From an uncultured Chroococcidiopsis sp. (lineage in GTDB: Bacteria; Cyanobacteriota; Cyanobacteriia; Cyanobacteriales; Chroococcidiopsidaceae), in assembly GCA_964248365.1 (NCBI GenBank), contig CAXTYC010000008.1:64001-128000 (forward strand): 64,000 nucleotides of DNA. The letters run 5' to 3'. The translations under genes and the position numbers were made by a program. Every line of letters begins with the position of its first letter. Positions within the stretch are counted from its first letter, which is position 1. Below are positions 21,014-32,186 of this stretch, one piece after another. The notes under the pieces are model-generated. The model was not told the DNA's origin. It ran no database searches and was given only the letters and a program-made list of their open reading frames with translations.

Positions 21014-23493
21014 CTAACAGTGTTCACAGGTGTGACAGTAATGATTTTTTCATTTTCCTTCAGGGAGGGGAGGCGATCGCCTGTTCCTTCTTTACCGGAT
21101 AAATTTACACAATCCACAGGTATTCGCAATACTCGCTGATTATTCGTCACTAGAGCTACTTCAGATTCTGGTGTTGCCACTACCATTCCAGCCAAACCAT
21201 CTGACTTGTTACTAAAAGACAGCACTTGCATACCAATAGCACCGCGATTAGCCGATCGCAAGGCACTCGCGCTCAGTCGTTTAGCATATCCTAATTCAGA
21301 AACTAGCAACAGATTTTCATCCCTCTTGTCCAACGTCACACAACCAACTAACTGTTCTTGCTTCCGTAGACGCAACGCTTGCACACCAACAGCTGTCCGC
21401 CCCATAATTGGCAGTTGCTCATCATTTACAGCAAAGCGTAGCAACCGCCCCCCACCAGTTGCCAAAATTAGATTTGACGAATGCTGTGTAAGCTGTACAG
21501 ACAATAACTGATCGTCATCCTTAAACTTAATCACTGTCAAACCGCGATTAGTCAAGCTAACCAACTCTGTTGTCAGCAGGCGCTTAATTCGCCCTAATTT
21601 AGTTAGCAAAATTATCTGGGTATTTTCTGGCTCTTGCGGCAGCAAAAAGTGAGAAACTATAGTTTCACTAGCAGCAGAGTTGGGCAGTAAGCCGATCAAT
21701 GGCGTTCCTCTTGCAGCTCGACCGTTGGTTGGGGGAATGTCTGCGACGTTAACTGGGTACACCTTACCGCCGCTGGTAAATACCACTAAATTCTCATCGG
21801 TTTTAGCAATTTGGGTTTGAATCACCAAATCGTTTTCAGGCAAGCCATTATCAGCCTTCTGCTTTTTCCCTGAACGCTGAGCATTGGCTCCCAACCGTCT
21901 TACATACCCTCGCTGGGTAAATTCTAGCAACACTTCTTCAGAATTCTGATTTTGGATAGGGGATTTTGGATTTTCATCCTCCCCCAGCTCCCCCAGCTCT
22001 CCCATTCGCGTACGACGCTCATCCCCGTACTTACGCTTGAGACTTCGCAAATCTTTTTTCAACGCCTTGAGCAACGTGGGGCGATCGCTTAATAACCGCC
22101 GCAACATTTGAATCTGCCCACTCAAAGATTCAAATTCTGTTTGTAAATTCTGCTGTTCCAAATTTGTCAGCCGTCGCAATGGCATTGCCAAAATTGCATC
22201 AGCTTGCGCCTCACTCAAATTAAATCGGTTTTGAAGAGTAATTTTTGCCCCACTTCCATCGCTGGCTTGCCGCAAAATCGTAATTACTTCATCCAGATGA
22301 GATAAAGCACTTAGCAAACCTTCAACTAGATGCAGGCGACTTTCAGCCTTATCCAACTCATGAGTATAGCGACGGCTTAGTGTTTCTTCCCGAAACTTTA
22401 AAAACTCCTGTAATAGCTGGCGTAAAGATAGTTGACGCGGCTGCCCATCTACCAAGGCTAAGAGAATTGCACCAAAATTCGTTTGCAGTGCTGTTTGATG
22501 GTATAATTGCCGCAAAACGTCTTGCCAGTTAGTGTCCCGTTTAAGTTCTATCACCACCCTGATGCCATCGCGATCGCTTTCATCGCGTAGATCGGCAATT
22601 CCTTCAATCTTGCCGTGATTGACTCCTTCGGCTACCTTTTCAATCCAGCCAGCCTTATTCACCTGGTAGGGTAATTCTGTCACTACAATCGCTGTGCGAC
22701 GCGATCGCCCTCGCCCAGATTGAATTTCCTCGATTTGGGTGATTCCTCTAATGGTAATACTGCCCCGACCTGTTGTATAAGCCTCTCTTACGCCTGCTAA
22801 CCCTACAATTTCGCCTCCTGTGGGGAAGTCTGGTGCAGGGATCAACTCAAATAACTTCTCATCCGATAATTCTGGCTGTTCGATCAAAGCGATCAAACCA
22901 TCAACCACCTCACCTAAATTATGGGGCGGAATATTAGTTGCCATACCAACAGCAATACCAGATGATCCATTGAGTAACAGCAACGGTAACTGGGCTGGTA
23001 GTACGGTTGGTTCCTGTTGGGAATTGTCAAAATTACCGATAAATTCAACTGTTTCCTCGCCTATTTCCGCTAGCATTGCCTCATGGCTAATTGGAGCTAG
23101 CCGCGTTTCTGTGTAACGCATAGCTGCTGGTGGATCGTTGTCCACACTGCCAAAGTTGCCATGTCCCGCAAGTAAGGGATAGCGGCTAGAAAATTCCTGT
23201 ACCAACCGCACCAAGGCATCGTATACGGCTTGGTCGCCATGAGGATGGTATTTACCTAGCACGTCGCCCACTACCCGCGCACACTTACGAAATGGGCGAT
23301 CGGGAGTTAGCCCCAACTCATGCATGGCATACAAAATGCGCCTATGCACAGGCTTTAATCCATCCCGCACATCTGGTAATGCACGACCGACAATTACACT
23401 CATGGCATATTCCAGATAAGACCGTTGCATTTCTGTATGCAGGGCTATGGGAATTACCTGTCCCTGTGAGAGAAGGTTTAACTGTTTTGCCAT
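21010..23493 (-). CDS. gyrA: DNA gyrase/topoisomerase IV subunit A paralog
   Basis: [29 protein letters not shown]; beta-pinwheel CTD; GyrA-box degenerate, so may be ParC-like. Confidence 0.85.
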   Translation of the reverse strand: MAKQLNLLSQGQVIPIALHTEMQRSYLEYAMSVIVGRALPDVRDGLKPVHRRILYAMHELGLTPDRPFRKCARVVGDVLGKYHPHGDQAVYDALVRLVQEFSSRYPLLAGHGNFGSVDNDPPAAMRYTETRLAPISHEAMLAEIGEETVEFIGNFDNSQQEPTVLPAQLPLLLLNGSSGIAVGMATNIPPHNLGEVVDGLIALIEQPELSDEKLFELIPAPDFPTGGEIVGLAGVREAYTTGRGSITIRGITQIEEIQSGRGRSRRTAIVVTELPYQVNKAGWIEKVAEGVNHGKIEGIADLRDESDRDGIRVVIELKRDTNWQDVLRQLYHQTALQTNFGAILLALVDGQPRQLSLRQLLQEFLKFREETLSRRYTHELDKAESRLHLVEGLLSALSHLDEVITILRQASDGSGAKITLQNRFNLSEAQADAILAMPLRRLTNLEQQNLQTEFESLSGQIQMLRRLLSDRPTLLKALKKDLRSLKRKYGDERRTRMGELGELGEDENPKSPIQNQNSEEVLLEFTQRGYVRRLGANAQRSGKKQKADNGLPENDLVIQTQIAKTDENLVVFTSGGKVYPVNVADIPPTNGRAARGTPLIGLLPNSAASETIVSHFLLPQEPENTQIILLTKLGRIKRLLTTELVSLTNRGLTVIKFKDDDQLLSVQLTQHSSNLILATGGGRLLRFAVNDEQLPIMGRTAVGVQALRLRKQEQLVGCVTLDKRDENLLLVSELGYAKRLSASALRSANRGAIGMQVLSFSNKSDGLAGMVVATPESEVALVTNNQRVLRIPVDCVNLSGKEGTGDRLPSLKENEKIITVTPVNTVS

Positions 23494-23795
23494 GAATTCT
23501 GTTTCCTGATTGATAACAACAAAAAAGTTTGAGTTACTTTACAAAGCTTACCCAAGCACCACAAATGAATTGCTAACAAAACTCTATTTATAGTAGCCGT
23601 TGGGTAATTTGCAGTATTATGCTTGATTAGCGATCGCGCTGTTGAAAATGTTTGAGTCACCAACTTGTTAAGCTCAAAGTAATTCTTGCACCCATCGGGG
23701 TTTAAATTTCCATAATCTTATGAGTGTTGGGCGATCGCCAACCTCCCCCGATCGGCTATCAAATCTTAATATTAAATTTAGGGTGACAAATTCTG

Positions 23796-24185
23796 ATGAA
23801 AACTGTATTGATTGTGGAAGACGATCCGATTAATGCCCGTGTTTTTTCCAAAATTTTGACCAAGCGAGGGGGTTTGGATGTAAAGCACACGGAAAATGTA
23901 GAAGAAGTGATGGATATTGCTACCTCTGGAAAAGCTGACATTATTTTGATGGATGTTTCTCTCTCTCGCAGTGTTTATCAAGGTAAAGCAGTTGACGGCA
24001 TTAAAATTACCCAAATGCTCAAGGCAAACCCTCAAACTGCGCAGCTACCAATTATCCTCGTTACGGCACACGTAATGGAAGGCGATCGCGAAAACTTTCT
24101 CAAGCTCAGTGGCGCTGATGGCTACATCTCAAAGCCAGTTGTTGACCATCAACAGTTTGTCGAGCAAATTCTGGCAATGCTATAA
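23796..24185 (+). CDS. Single-domain response regulator (DivK/CheY-like)
   Basis: VLIVEDD, ILMDV, VTAH, YISKP. Confidence 0.92.
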   Translation: MKTVLIVEDDPINARVFSKILTKRGGLDVKHTENVEEVMDIATSGKADIILMDVSLSRSVYQGKAVDGIKITQMLKANPQTAQLPIILVTAHVMEGDRENFLKLSGADGYISKPVVDHQQFVEQILAML

Positions 24186-24521
24186 AAAACTAGCAACACC
24201 TGCTCTAATAAACTTTTAACTTAAGAAAGCTGATTTGCAACCCTATGTTACCCAGCTTGAGGCTGTTCTCAACCCTCTGTGTAGGGGCAAGGCACTGCCT
24301 TGCCTCTACTGCCCTATATCTTAATACAGACGTACTATATTTATCACAATTTATGATGATCAGAGCCTAATAAAAATACACCGCGAAGGGGCGATCGCGG
24401 TGTCATACCGTCTCCGGTTAAATACTTATAAGAGCAGGGGGGCAGGGGGGCAGGGGAGAAATCCTCTCTAGCCACTGGTTCCACTGGTTCCTCTAGCCCC
24501 AAGCCTCTAGCCTCTAGCCCC

Positions 24522-25820
24522 TCACATACTCGACATCACATCCCGTGCTGCTGCCAAAGTCCGGTCAATATCTTCTTCTGTGTGAGCCAAAGAGGTAAAC
24601 CCAGCCTCAAACTGAGATGGAGCTAGATAGATACCGCGCTCTAACATACCACGATGAAAACGGCTGAACTTGGCTAAATCAGACTTTTTGGCATCCTCAT
24701 AGTTATGAACAGGTCCAGCGGTAAAGAAGAAGCCAAACATAGCGCTAATTTGACCGCCACAAGCTGCATGACCAGTTTCTTTGGCAATTTGCAGCATCCC
24801 GTCGGCTAATTTCTTGGTAATGCGATCAAGAGATTCATAAGTACCAGGCTTTTGCAGTAATTCCAAGGTTTTAATTCCAGCAGTCATGGCAAGGGGATTA
24901 CCAGAAAGCGTACCCGCTTGATAGACTGGTCCTGCTGGGGCAACCATCGACATAATATCCTGACGACCGCCATAAGCTCCTACTGGCAGACCACCACCGA
25001 TAATCTTACCTAGTGTTGTCAAGTCAGGAGTGATGCTGAACCTTTCCTGAGCGCCACCATAGGCAATACGGAAACCAGTCATCACTTCGTCAAACACTAA
25101 CAATGCCCCATGCTCTTGGGTAATTTCCCTCAAACCTTCCAAAAATCCAGCATCAGGGACAATGAAACCAGCATTTCCTACTACTGGTTCTAAAATTACT
25201 CCAGCAATTTGATCTGGGTTTTCCTCAAACAACGCTTTGACTGCTTCCAAGTCATTGTAAGGTGCACTCAGGGTGTTGCTAGTGGCAGATTTGGGAACAC
25301 CAGGGGAGTCAGGTAAGCCCAAAGTGGCAACGCCAGAGCCAGCCTTAACCAAGAACATATCAGCATGACCGTGATAACAGCCTTCAAACTTGATGATTTT
25401 ATCTCGTCCGGTAAAGGCGCGCATCAAGCGTAGTACTGCCATACAAGCTTCAGTACCAGAGTTAACAAATCTTACCATTTCAATACTGGGAACGGCATCT
25501 ATAACCATTTCTGCCAGTACGTTTTCCAAGGCACAGGGCGCACCAAAGCTAGTGCCTTTTTCTAGGGCTTCATGCAATGCACCAATCACGTCTGGATGAG
25601 CATGACCACAAATGGCAGGTCCCCAAGTGCCTACGTAGTCAATGTATTGGTTGCCATCTACATCCCAGATGTACGCGCCTTTGACTCGATCAAAAACGAT
25701 CGGTTGTCCTCCCACAGATTTAAAAGCTCGGACTGGAGAACTGACTCCACCAGGCATTAGTTTCTGTGCTGCGGTGAAAATTTCTTCTGATTTGGTGGTT
25801 TTAATCGTGGTATTAACCAA
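24522..25820 (-). CDS. hemL: Glutamate-1-semialdehyde 2,1-aminomutase
   Basis: [28 protein letters not shown]. Confidence 0.98.
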   Translation of the reverse strand: MVNTTIKTTKSEEIFTAAQKLMPGGVSSPVRAFKSVGGQPIVFDRVKGAYIWDVDGNQYIDYVGTWGPAICGHAHPDVIGALHEALEKGTSFGAPCALENVLAEMVIDAVPSIEMVRFVNSGTEACMAVLRLMRAFTGRDKIIKFEGCYHGHADMFLVKAGSGVATLGLPDSPGVPKSATSNTLSAPYNDLEAVKALFEENPDQIAGVILEPVVGNAGFIVPDAGFLEGLREITQEHGALLVFDEVMTGFRIAYGGAQERFSITPDLTTLGKIIGGGLPVGAYGGRQDIMSMVAPAGPVYQAGTLSGNPLAMTAGIKTLELLQKPGTYESLDRITKKLADGMLQIAKETGHAACGGQISAMFGFFFTAGPVHNYEDAKKSDLAKFSRFHRGMLERGIYLAPSQFEAGFTSLAHTEEDIDRTLAAARDVMSSM

Positions 25821-25927
25821 GGTTTTCTCCTAAGTTGGAAGTCTAAAGATCTATCTTTTGACTGTTGTGTACTGTGTTTAGAACTTCTATTTTCAAGGAA
25901 TTAGTGCAGCATTGGAAAAATAAAATT

Positions 25928-26116
25928 ATGTTATATCAAACTAATCAAGATTTACCTTTAGAAATTCGCAATCGCCATGAGGAAGCAGCGCAGGATTTAT
26001 ACAGAGCTGCCTACAATTCGGCAATTCAGTGGTACGGGGAAGCAGCTAAGGCGCATAAAGTCGCTCTGAGTGCTGTAAAAATTCATTGTGCCAGAACAGG
26101 GGCTGTATTGGTTTAA
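25928..26116 (+). CDS. ChaB family protein
   Basis: YQTNQDLP...AQDLYRAAYNSA...AHKVALSAVK. Confidence 0.8.
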   Translation: MLYQTNQDLPLEIRNRHEEAAQDLYRAAYNSAIQWYGEAAKAHKVALSAVKIHCARTGAVLV

Positions 26117-26227
26117 GCTAAAACATTTTGGTTAGGCGATCGCCCCTGTTAAGACGAGAAAAAACCAGCTGACACATTCTCAATGGTATCTTGAATTGAT
26201 AGGTTATTGCCATTCGTGTCAGCTGGT

Positions 26228-26881
26228 ATGTCATCTACTTTTGAATTGAACTCATTCCACCAAGCTATTCCTATAGCACAAATTCGCTACGATGAGCGGG
26301 GATTAGTGCCTGCAATTGTGCAAGATTATTTGGATGGCACGGTTCTGATGTTAGCGTGGATGAATCAAGAGTCGCTGCAAAAGACTTTGGAGACAGGGGA
26401 AACCTGGTTTTGGAGCCGTTCTCGCGCGCAGTTGTGGCACAAAGGAGCCACTTCAGGACATATTCAAAAAGTGCAAAGTATCCGCTATGACTGCGATAGT
26501 GATGCCCTCCTGGTGGGAGTGGAACAGGTGGGTGATATTGCCTGTCACACTGGTGAGCCTAGTTGTTTTCATCAGGTAGATGGCTCAGTTGTACCGCCCC
26601 CAGCAGATACATTGAGTCAATTATTTGAGACTGTGCGCGATCGCCGCGACAATCCAACTCAAGGCTCTTATACGTGCCAGCTATTGGCTGGGGGAGACAA
26701 CAAGATTTTGAAAAAACTGGGCGAGGAAACCGCCGAGGTAGTCATGGCTTGTAAAGATGATGAACCAGAGGCGATCGCATCTGAAGTTGCTGATTTGCTA
26801 TATCACACTTTGGTAGCATTAGCTCACCATCGAGTTGATTTGAAAGATGTATATCGGAAGTTGCAAGAACGTCGTAAATAG
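26228..26881 (+). CDS. hisIE: Phosphoribosyl-AMP cyclohydrolase / phosphoribosyl-ATP pyrophosphatase
   Basis: [29 protein letters not shown] motifs. Confidence 0.96.
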   Translation: MSSTFELNSFHQAIPIAQIRYDERGLVPAIVQDYLDGTVLMLAWMNQESLQKTLETGETWFWSRSRAQLWHKGATSGHIQKVQSIRYDCDSDALLVGVEQVGDIACHTGEPSCFHQVDGSVVPPPADTLSQLFETVRDRRDNPTQGSYTCQLLAGGDNKILKKLGEETAEVVMACKDDEPEAIASEVADLLYHTLVALAHHRVDLKDVYRKLQERRK

Positions 26882-26894
26882 TGGCGAGTTGTAA

Positions 26895-27110
26895 TTGGTA
26901 GTTGGTAGTTGGTAGTTGGTAAAAGGGGAAAAGGAGTCAGGACTCAGGACTCTGGAGTCAGAAGACAGAAGACAGGAGACAGAATATTTAATCTTCATTT
27001 CCCACTCCCCCACTCTCCCCCTCTCCCCCTTGCCCCCTAATCCCCACAACGCGAGTGAAGAGCGAGTTCCCCCTCTCCCCCTCTCCCTACTCCCTACTCC
27101 CTACTCCCTA
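26895..27110. repeat. Cluster of STRR arrays (TGGTAGT, CAGGAGT, GACAGAA, CTCCCCA, CTCCCTA)
   Basis: Several tandem heptamer families between convergent hisIE and the MFS gene. Confidence 0.8.
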
Positions 27111-28355
27111 GACTTGTAGCATTCGATGTAAATATTGCAAAATCGCAATCGTTACAACTACACTGCAAGCTAAGCCTAGCCAAAAACTGTCTGCTACTAG
27201 AGGCGACTGATCTAACGCCCAACCTCCCAAAGGTGGACCAATGAAATATCCAACCGCCCAGCATAGGGAACTCAGGGAAAAATAAATCCCACGTTGAGAT
27301 TCGGGTGCTAAGTCTGTAACTAGGGAGGAAGCAGAGGGTGTGTAGGAGACGATCGCAATTGCAAATAATCCTAAACTCAAAACCGCACAAACTACCTGAC
27401 CTGATGAAATAATGCCTGTAACCCAAATACAGATGAAGCCTAATGCCCATACCAAAGCAGACACGGTTAGAGCTTGGGCATGAGTAAAGCGTCTTAAAAT
27501 ACGGGCAACGGGTAGCTGACAGAGGATAGCTAGGGCAAGATGCCAAGCGAATAGCGCACTAATATTTGATTCGGTAAATCCTTTCCCATTTCCTACTGGC
27601 ACAAAGTTTTTGAGGTAGAGGGGTAGGGTGCTTTGCAGTTGAGAAACATAGGTAGTGAAGATGATATTAACTACCAGGTAGACGAGAAAACGGCGATCGC
27701 TCAGTGCTGTTGCCCAACGTTGTGGTAGAAAGCTTGATTTATTCGCTAACGGTCGATAAGTTTCTTTGATAGCAAAGTAAACCACCGCCAAGAATACCAC
27801 AAAAGAAATTGCATCAATTACAAATAGCGCTCGATAAGCTCCGGTTGTGCCAATCAAAGCCCCGCCTAAAACAATTCCCATCCCCATCCCAAGATTATCT
27901 GCTAGTCGGGTGATTGCGTAAGCCTCCCCGCGTTGCTCAGGTGGAGTCAAATCTGCTACTAATGCCTCATTTGGAGGCCAGTATAAACCTTGCCCTAATC
28001 CCATTAACAAGTTACCAATAACTAGGGTAGGAAAATTGATCGTTGTAGCTAAAACCAGAGAAGCGATCGCGGCAATAGCAGATGAAAGTAACAGCGTCCG
28101 TCGCCGCCCCCACTGGGGAGAATCAGAAAACGAACCGCCTAAAATTCTCCCCAACACCCCAGAAATCGAAGCACTGCCTAAAGCTAAACCTACGGCTGTG
28201 GAAGAAAAACCTAACTGATTAACAAAAAAGATGGGAGCGTAAAACAGAGTAAATCCAGTGCCTACTTCCGTGAGTAATCGACCGATCACCAGAATCCATA
28301 CTTGGGGGTTCAGCTGAGGCAACCGGAATCTTTGTCTAGATTTGCTGAAATTCAT
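27108..28355 (-). CDS. MFS transporter
   Basis: About 12 hydrophobic segments; GGSFSDSPQWGRR motif A variant. Confidence 0.9.
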   Translation of the reverse strand: MNFSKSRQRFRLPQLNPQVWILVIGRLLTEVGTGFTLFYAPIFFVNQLGFSSTAVGLALGSASISGVLGRILGGSFSDSPQWGRRRTLLLSSAIAAIASLVLATTINFPTLVIGNLLMGLGQGLYWPPNEALVADLTPPEQRGEAYAITRLADNLGMGMGIVLGGALIGTTGAYRALFVIDAISFVVFLAVVYFAIKETYRPLANKSSFLPQRWATALSDRRFLVYLVVNIIFTTYVSQLQSTLPLYLKNFVPVGNGKGFTESNISALFAWHLALAILCQLPVARILRRFTHAQALTVSALVWALGFICIWVTGIISSGQVVCAVLSLGLFAIAIVSYTPSASSLVTDLAPESQRGIYFSLSSLCWAVGYFIGPPLGGWALDQSPLVADSFWLGLACSVVVTIAILQYLHRMLQV

Positions 28356-28476
28356 TCAATCTTTAAGTATAAAGGCTATTTTAACGTAATTAAAGTAACC
28401 CCTTCGGGAAATATAAGTACAGATTGATAGTTGCGCGAGTTATAGAAACTACTAAATCTTATTTTCTATTACCTAT

Positions 28477-28869
28477 ATGAATATATCCCTCTTAATACTA
28501 GGAGTAGTCATCCTCCTAAGTACTCTCCTATTCGGGCTAATCTTTATTTACTTGGGTAATGCTAATCAAGGAGTAAATAGGGCGCGAGGAAAGCAAAAGA
28601 AAAGATCCCCCTTAAAGACTAAGCGCCTTGATAACAGGAGTTCAAATAGGGTAAAGTTTAAACCGAGTTATGTTAACGACAACAGTGAAATAAGGATAGA
28701 GCAGGTTAGCCGACCGTTGCAAAACAAACTCCTGCTGCTTTTGAATGGCGATCGCAACACAGCCAACAGACTGCTTAATTTAGCAAAAACCCGCAATCCC
28801 CAAAAGTCAGTTCAATGGTGTGCCGAGAAAGTAATTTTTGACTTGCAGCGCGATCGCGGTAGGTATTAA
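28477..28869 (+). CDS. Membrane-anchored hypothetical protein with C-terminal GDR...W..EKVI.DL.RDR module
   Basis: N-terminal TM helix; C-terminus similar to that of 29162..29908. Confidence 0.75.
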   Translation: MNISLLILGVVILLSTLLFGLIFIYLGNANQGVNRARGKQKKRSPLKTKRLDNRSSNRVKFKPSYVNDNSEIRIEQVSRPLQNKLLLLLNGDRNTANRLLNLAKTRNPQKSVQWCAEKVIFDLQRDRGRY

Positions 28870-28994
28870 TACTATAGATTTTAGATTTTAGATTGGGAAA
28901 GCTACATCACTAGCAAGTTAGAAAAATCCAAATGTTGGGATAGAAATATCTAACTAAGTATTTTTTAGTAAAAACGATGTTAAATACATTACTT

Positions 28995-29100
28995 ATACCG
29001 TTTCTCCATAAACTTGCACTTTTTACGATCTCCCAAACCCCCTTTATAAGGGGGCTAGGGGGATCGCTCTTTGTGTCATCATCTAGGAAAATTGGTATTA
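28995..29100. repeat. Possible MITE-like element containing a CCCCCTTTATAAGGGGG palindrome
   Basis: Ends TATACCGTTT / AAATTGGTAT; internal GATCTCCC...GGGGGATC hairpin. Confidence 0.4.
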
Positions 29101-29161
29101 CTTGGGAAATATAAATAGTAGGAATTATTGAAAAAATTATCGCTCGTCACACAAGTAAATT

Positions 29162-29908
29162 ATGAATGCAACAGAAACAGCTAAAAATACTGAGTATTTT
29201 TTAAGCCAAGGATTGAATAAGGCTATAGAAGGAGACTTTAAGGGAGCGATCGCCCACTTCGATCAAGCAGTACAGGTTAATCCTCACAACGCTGATGCTT
29301 ACCACAACCGAGGGCTTGCTCGCTTTAAAATTGGAGAAACTCACAAAGCTATAGAAGACTTCACTCAAGCACTGCGACTCAATCCCAATTATACGGAAGC
29401 TTATGTAGGTCGAGGTAACGCTTATCGTCAATTACAAGATTACCTGGGAGCCATCATCGATTATACTTATCTAGTGCGGCTTAATTCAAAAGACGCTAAA
29501 GCTTACTACAATCGTGGGTTTGTCTACTCACGAGTGGGAGAAAAGCAAAAAGCCATAGAGGACTATCAAACAGCTGTCAAACTCTTTTATGAACGAGGGG
29601 ATGATGTCAACAGTAGACGTGCTTGGGAAAATCTCAAACAGCTTCAGCTATTAATTCCTATTAAAAGTCAAGAAAATACTACATCTACTCATTTTAGTTC
29701 AAAGCATAGCTGTAAAAGTCAAAAAAGTAAACACGGATTTGACTGTGCTAGCCAAAATCTTCTATTTAAACTGATAGGAATATTGCAAGGCGATCGCGAA
29801 GGGGCTATGCGATTGATTTCTCAAGCCAAAATGAAAAATCCTGACAAGTCAGTTGATTGGTGTGTTGAGAAAGTAATTTATGATTTGGAGCGCGATCGCA
29901 GCAGGTAA
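29162..29908 (+). CDS. TPR protein with the same C-terminal module
   Basis: AYHNRG/AYVGRG/AYYNRG TPR repeats. Confidence 0.85.
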   Translation: MNATETAKNTEYFLSQGLNKAIEGDFKGAIAHFDQAVQVNPHNADAYHNRGLARFKIGETHKAIEDFTQALRLNPNYTEAYVGRGNAYRQLQDYLGAIIDYTYLVRLNSKDAKAYYNRGFVYSRVGEKQKAIEDYQTAVKLFYERGDDVNSRRAWENLKQLQLLIPIKSQENTTSTHFSSKHSCKSQKSKHGFDCASQNLLFKLIGILQGDREGAMRLISQAKMKNPDKSVDWCVEKVIYDLERDRSR

Positions 29909-29922
29909 ACGTCAGTTTGGCA

Positions 29923-30768
29923 TTAGCTTGCTTGACTATTCAACCAATCTGTTAAATCTGTTGCACCAGAAAAATCTAACAGTGCTTCCGCTAAATCTTC
30001 TAGCTGAGCGATAGATAACTGGCGCAGACGCTCTTGTACTTCAGGGTCAACACTACCAATACGACGGGTAAGCAAGCGTAGAACCACTGCTAACTCTCCT
30101 TCCTGCTTGCCTTGTTGTAACCCCTGTTGTAACCCCTTTTGAAGAATATCTTGATAAATTACAGATTCACGCATAATTTCCTCTCTAAAAAGTTGTCGAA
30201 TCAAATTCTTCTCAAACCGCAAACCTGCTAGCATCTGTACACACGCCGATACATTCTGCTGCTGATTGGTTGATTCAATATTAGCTACTTGTGTTGCTAC
30301 TGGCTCTAATAAACCTCTAGGTGAACCTGTCTGTGCTAAAGGAGCTAACGGTAGTAGAGCAGAATCTGCTAGAAGTGGCTCTGGCTCTTGTTCCCACATC
30401 CGAATAACTCGATATCGATGCCGAGTATTAACCGCTACAAATTGCTCAACAAATGCAGACTCTGAGGTTGTGTACTTTAAAAAAATAACTACTTGCTCAA
30501 CCGGACAGCGATACTGCCGATGCAGCCTTACCCAATAATCTAGCATCCTTAAAGGCATAGGCGGATCTGTTGGGGGCAGTGTTTGAAACTCTAGGTGTAA
30601 GATTTGGTTGGAGGTTTGCAATAAAGTGACAGAATCAGCACGTATTGGTTCTACGCTAAGCTCTGTCTTGAGTACTTGAATTTCCCCAGACTCGGCTGAA
30701 AATAGCCAGCGGACAAAATTGCTGGGATATCGTTCAGCTAGGTATTTGCAAATGTTGTCGTAAGTCAA
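29923..30768 (-). CDS. Rpn family recombination-promoting nuclease with DUF4351 C-terminus
   Basis: YDNICKYLAE, IRADSV, HLEFQ, RMLDY; GLQQGLQQG repeat; QLEDLAEALLDF. Confidence 0.9.
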   Translation of the reverse strand: MTYDNICKYLAERYPSNFVRWLFSAESGEIQVLKTELSVEPIRADSVTLLQTSNQILHLEFQTLPPTDPPMPLRMLDYWVRLHRQYRCPVEQVVIFLKYTTSESAFVEQFVAVNTRHRYRVIRMWEQEPEPLLADSALLPLAPLAQTGSPRGLLEPVATQVANIESTNQQQNVSACVQMLAGLRFEKNLIRQLFREEIMRESVIYQDILQKGLQQGLQQGKQEGELAVVLRLLTRRIGSVDPEVQERLRQLSIAQLEDLAEALLDFSGATDLTDWLNSQAS

Positions 30769-30813
30769 TTGATATTGTTGTCTGTTTTCCTGTCAAATTA
30801 TTAACTAAAAGTC

Positions 30814-31563
30814 GTGACACCATTTCTCTTCGTAACCGATCTCGATAATACCCTCGTGGGTGATGACCAAGCCTTGGTAGAACTAAATCAAAGATTAAGT
30901 CAGCATCGCCAAGAATATGGGACTAAAATTGTTTATGCGACTGGGCGATCGCTCGCTCTTTATCGAGAACTGCAAGCACAAAAGCAGTTGTTGCAACCTG
31001 ATGCTTTGGTTGCAGCAGTAGGTACAGAAATTTACCTCAATGGTAGTGAAAATCCTGATCCTGCATGGTCAGAAAAGCTCACTCAAGGATGGAACCGAGA
31101 CTTGATTGTAGCTACAACCGCTCATTTTGCCGATCTCGTTCCCCAACCCGAAACAGAACAGCGTCCTTTCAAAGTAAGTTTTTTCTTGACAGAGGCGATC
31201 GCACAGGAAGTTCTGCCAGAACTAGAGTTGAGGTTGCAAAAACAGGGTTTAGATGTCAAGCTGATCTACAGTACAGGTCAAGATCTGGATATTTTACCCC
31301 GCCATAGCGATAAAGGTTTAGCAGTGGAATTTCTACGCCAACAGTGGGGAATTGCACCAGAGCAAACAGTTGTGTGTGGTGACTCTGGTAATGATATTGC
31401 ATTGTTTGCCTCTGGCTCGTCGCGGGGTATTATTGTCGGCAATGCTAGTTCTGAGCTACTCCAATGGCATAATGCTAATCAGGTAGATTACCATTACCTG
31501 GCTGGGGCGGATTGTGCTGGTGGTATTCTAGAAGGCTTGAAACATTTCGGTTTTTTAGGATGA
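30814..31563 (+). CDS. spp: Sucrose-phosphate phosphatase
   Basis: HAD motifs TDLDNTL, YATGRS, DKG, CGDSGND. Confidence 0.92.
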   Translation: MTPFLFVTDLDNTLVGDDQALVELNQRLSQHRQEYGTKIVYATGRSLALYRELQAQKQLLQPDALVAAVGTEIYLNGSENPDPAWSEKLTQGWNRDLIVATTAHFADLVPQPETEQRPFKVSFFLTEAIAQEVLPELELRLQKQGLDVKLIYSTGQDLDILPRHSDKGLAVEFLRQQWGIAPEQTVVCGDSGNDIALFASGSSRGIIVGNASSELLQWHNANQVDYHYLAGADCAGGILEGLKHFGFLG

Positions 31564-32186
31564 TTAGCTTTCTTAAAGGCACAGTCGCCACTATTCAAAA
31601 AAGCAGCAATCGCGTCATTCTTACCCTAGAAGTTAATTCCTGCGGCTTAGAAATGCAAATTTCTGGTCGTCTAGCGGCTGGGTTATCAGCAGGTGAACAA
31701 GTGCAGGTTTTCACTCATTTGCAAATTCGGGAAGAAGTGCCACAATTGTATGGATTTGGAACGCTGGCTGAGCGAGATTTATTTCGCCAGTTAATCAGTG
31801 TGAGTGGAATTGGTGCAGCAGGTGCGATCGCTCTATTGGATACTCTGGAATTACCAGAACTTGTGCAGGCGATCGTCAGCGGTAATACTCAACTGCTAGT
31901 ACAAGCTCCTGGTGTGGGTGGTAAGACAGCCGAGCGCATCTGTCTGGAACTGAAAAATAAGTTGGTTTCTTGGAGCCACACCTTCGGATTAGCCGCAGCT
32001 ACTGCATCTGTAGCGCTTCCACCGTCCATATTAGAAGAAGTGCAAATGGCATTACTGGCGGTAGGGTATACACCGAATGAAATCGCTCAAGCACTTACTA
32101 GCATTAGTCAAAACGCTCTGGTTGGCAAAAACGCTGCTTCAGAAGATTGGATTAGACAAGCGATCGCCTGGCTTAGCAGTCAATAA
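31560..32186 (+). CDS. ruvA: Holliday junction branch migration protein
   Basis: [36 protein letters not shown] overlap with spp. Confidence 0.96.
   Translation: MISFLKGTVATIQKSSNRVILTLEVNSCGLEMQISGRLAAGLSAGEQVQVFTHLQIREEVPQLYGFGTLAERDLFRQLISVSGIGAAGAIALLDTLELPELVQAIVSGNTQLLVQAPGVGGKTAERICLELKNKLVSWSHTFGLAAATASVALPPSILEEVQMALLAVGYTPNEIAQALTSISQNALVGKNAASEDWIRQAIAWLSSQ

Noticed and set aside
26819..27119. ORFs 26819..27049 and 26916..27119
   Set aside because: Translations of STRR heptamer arrays
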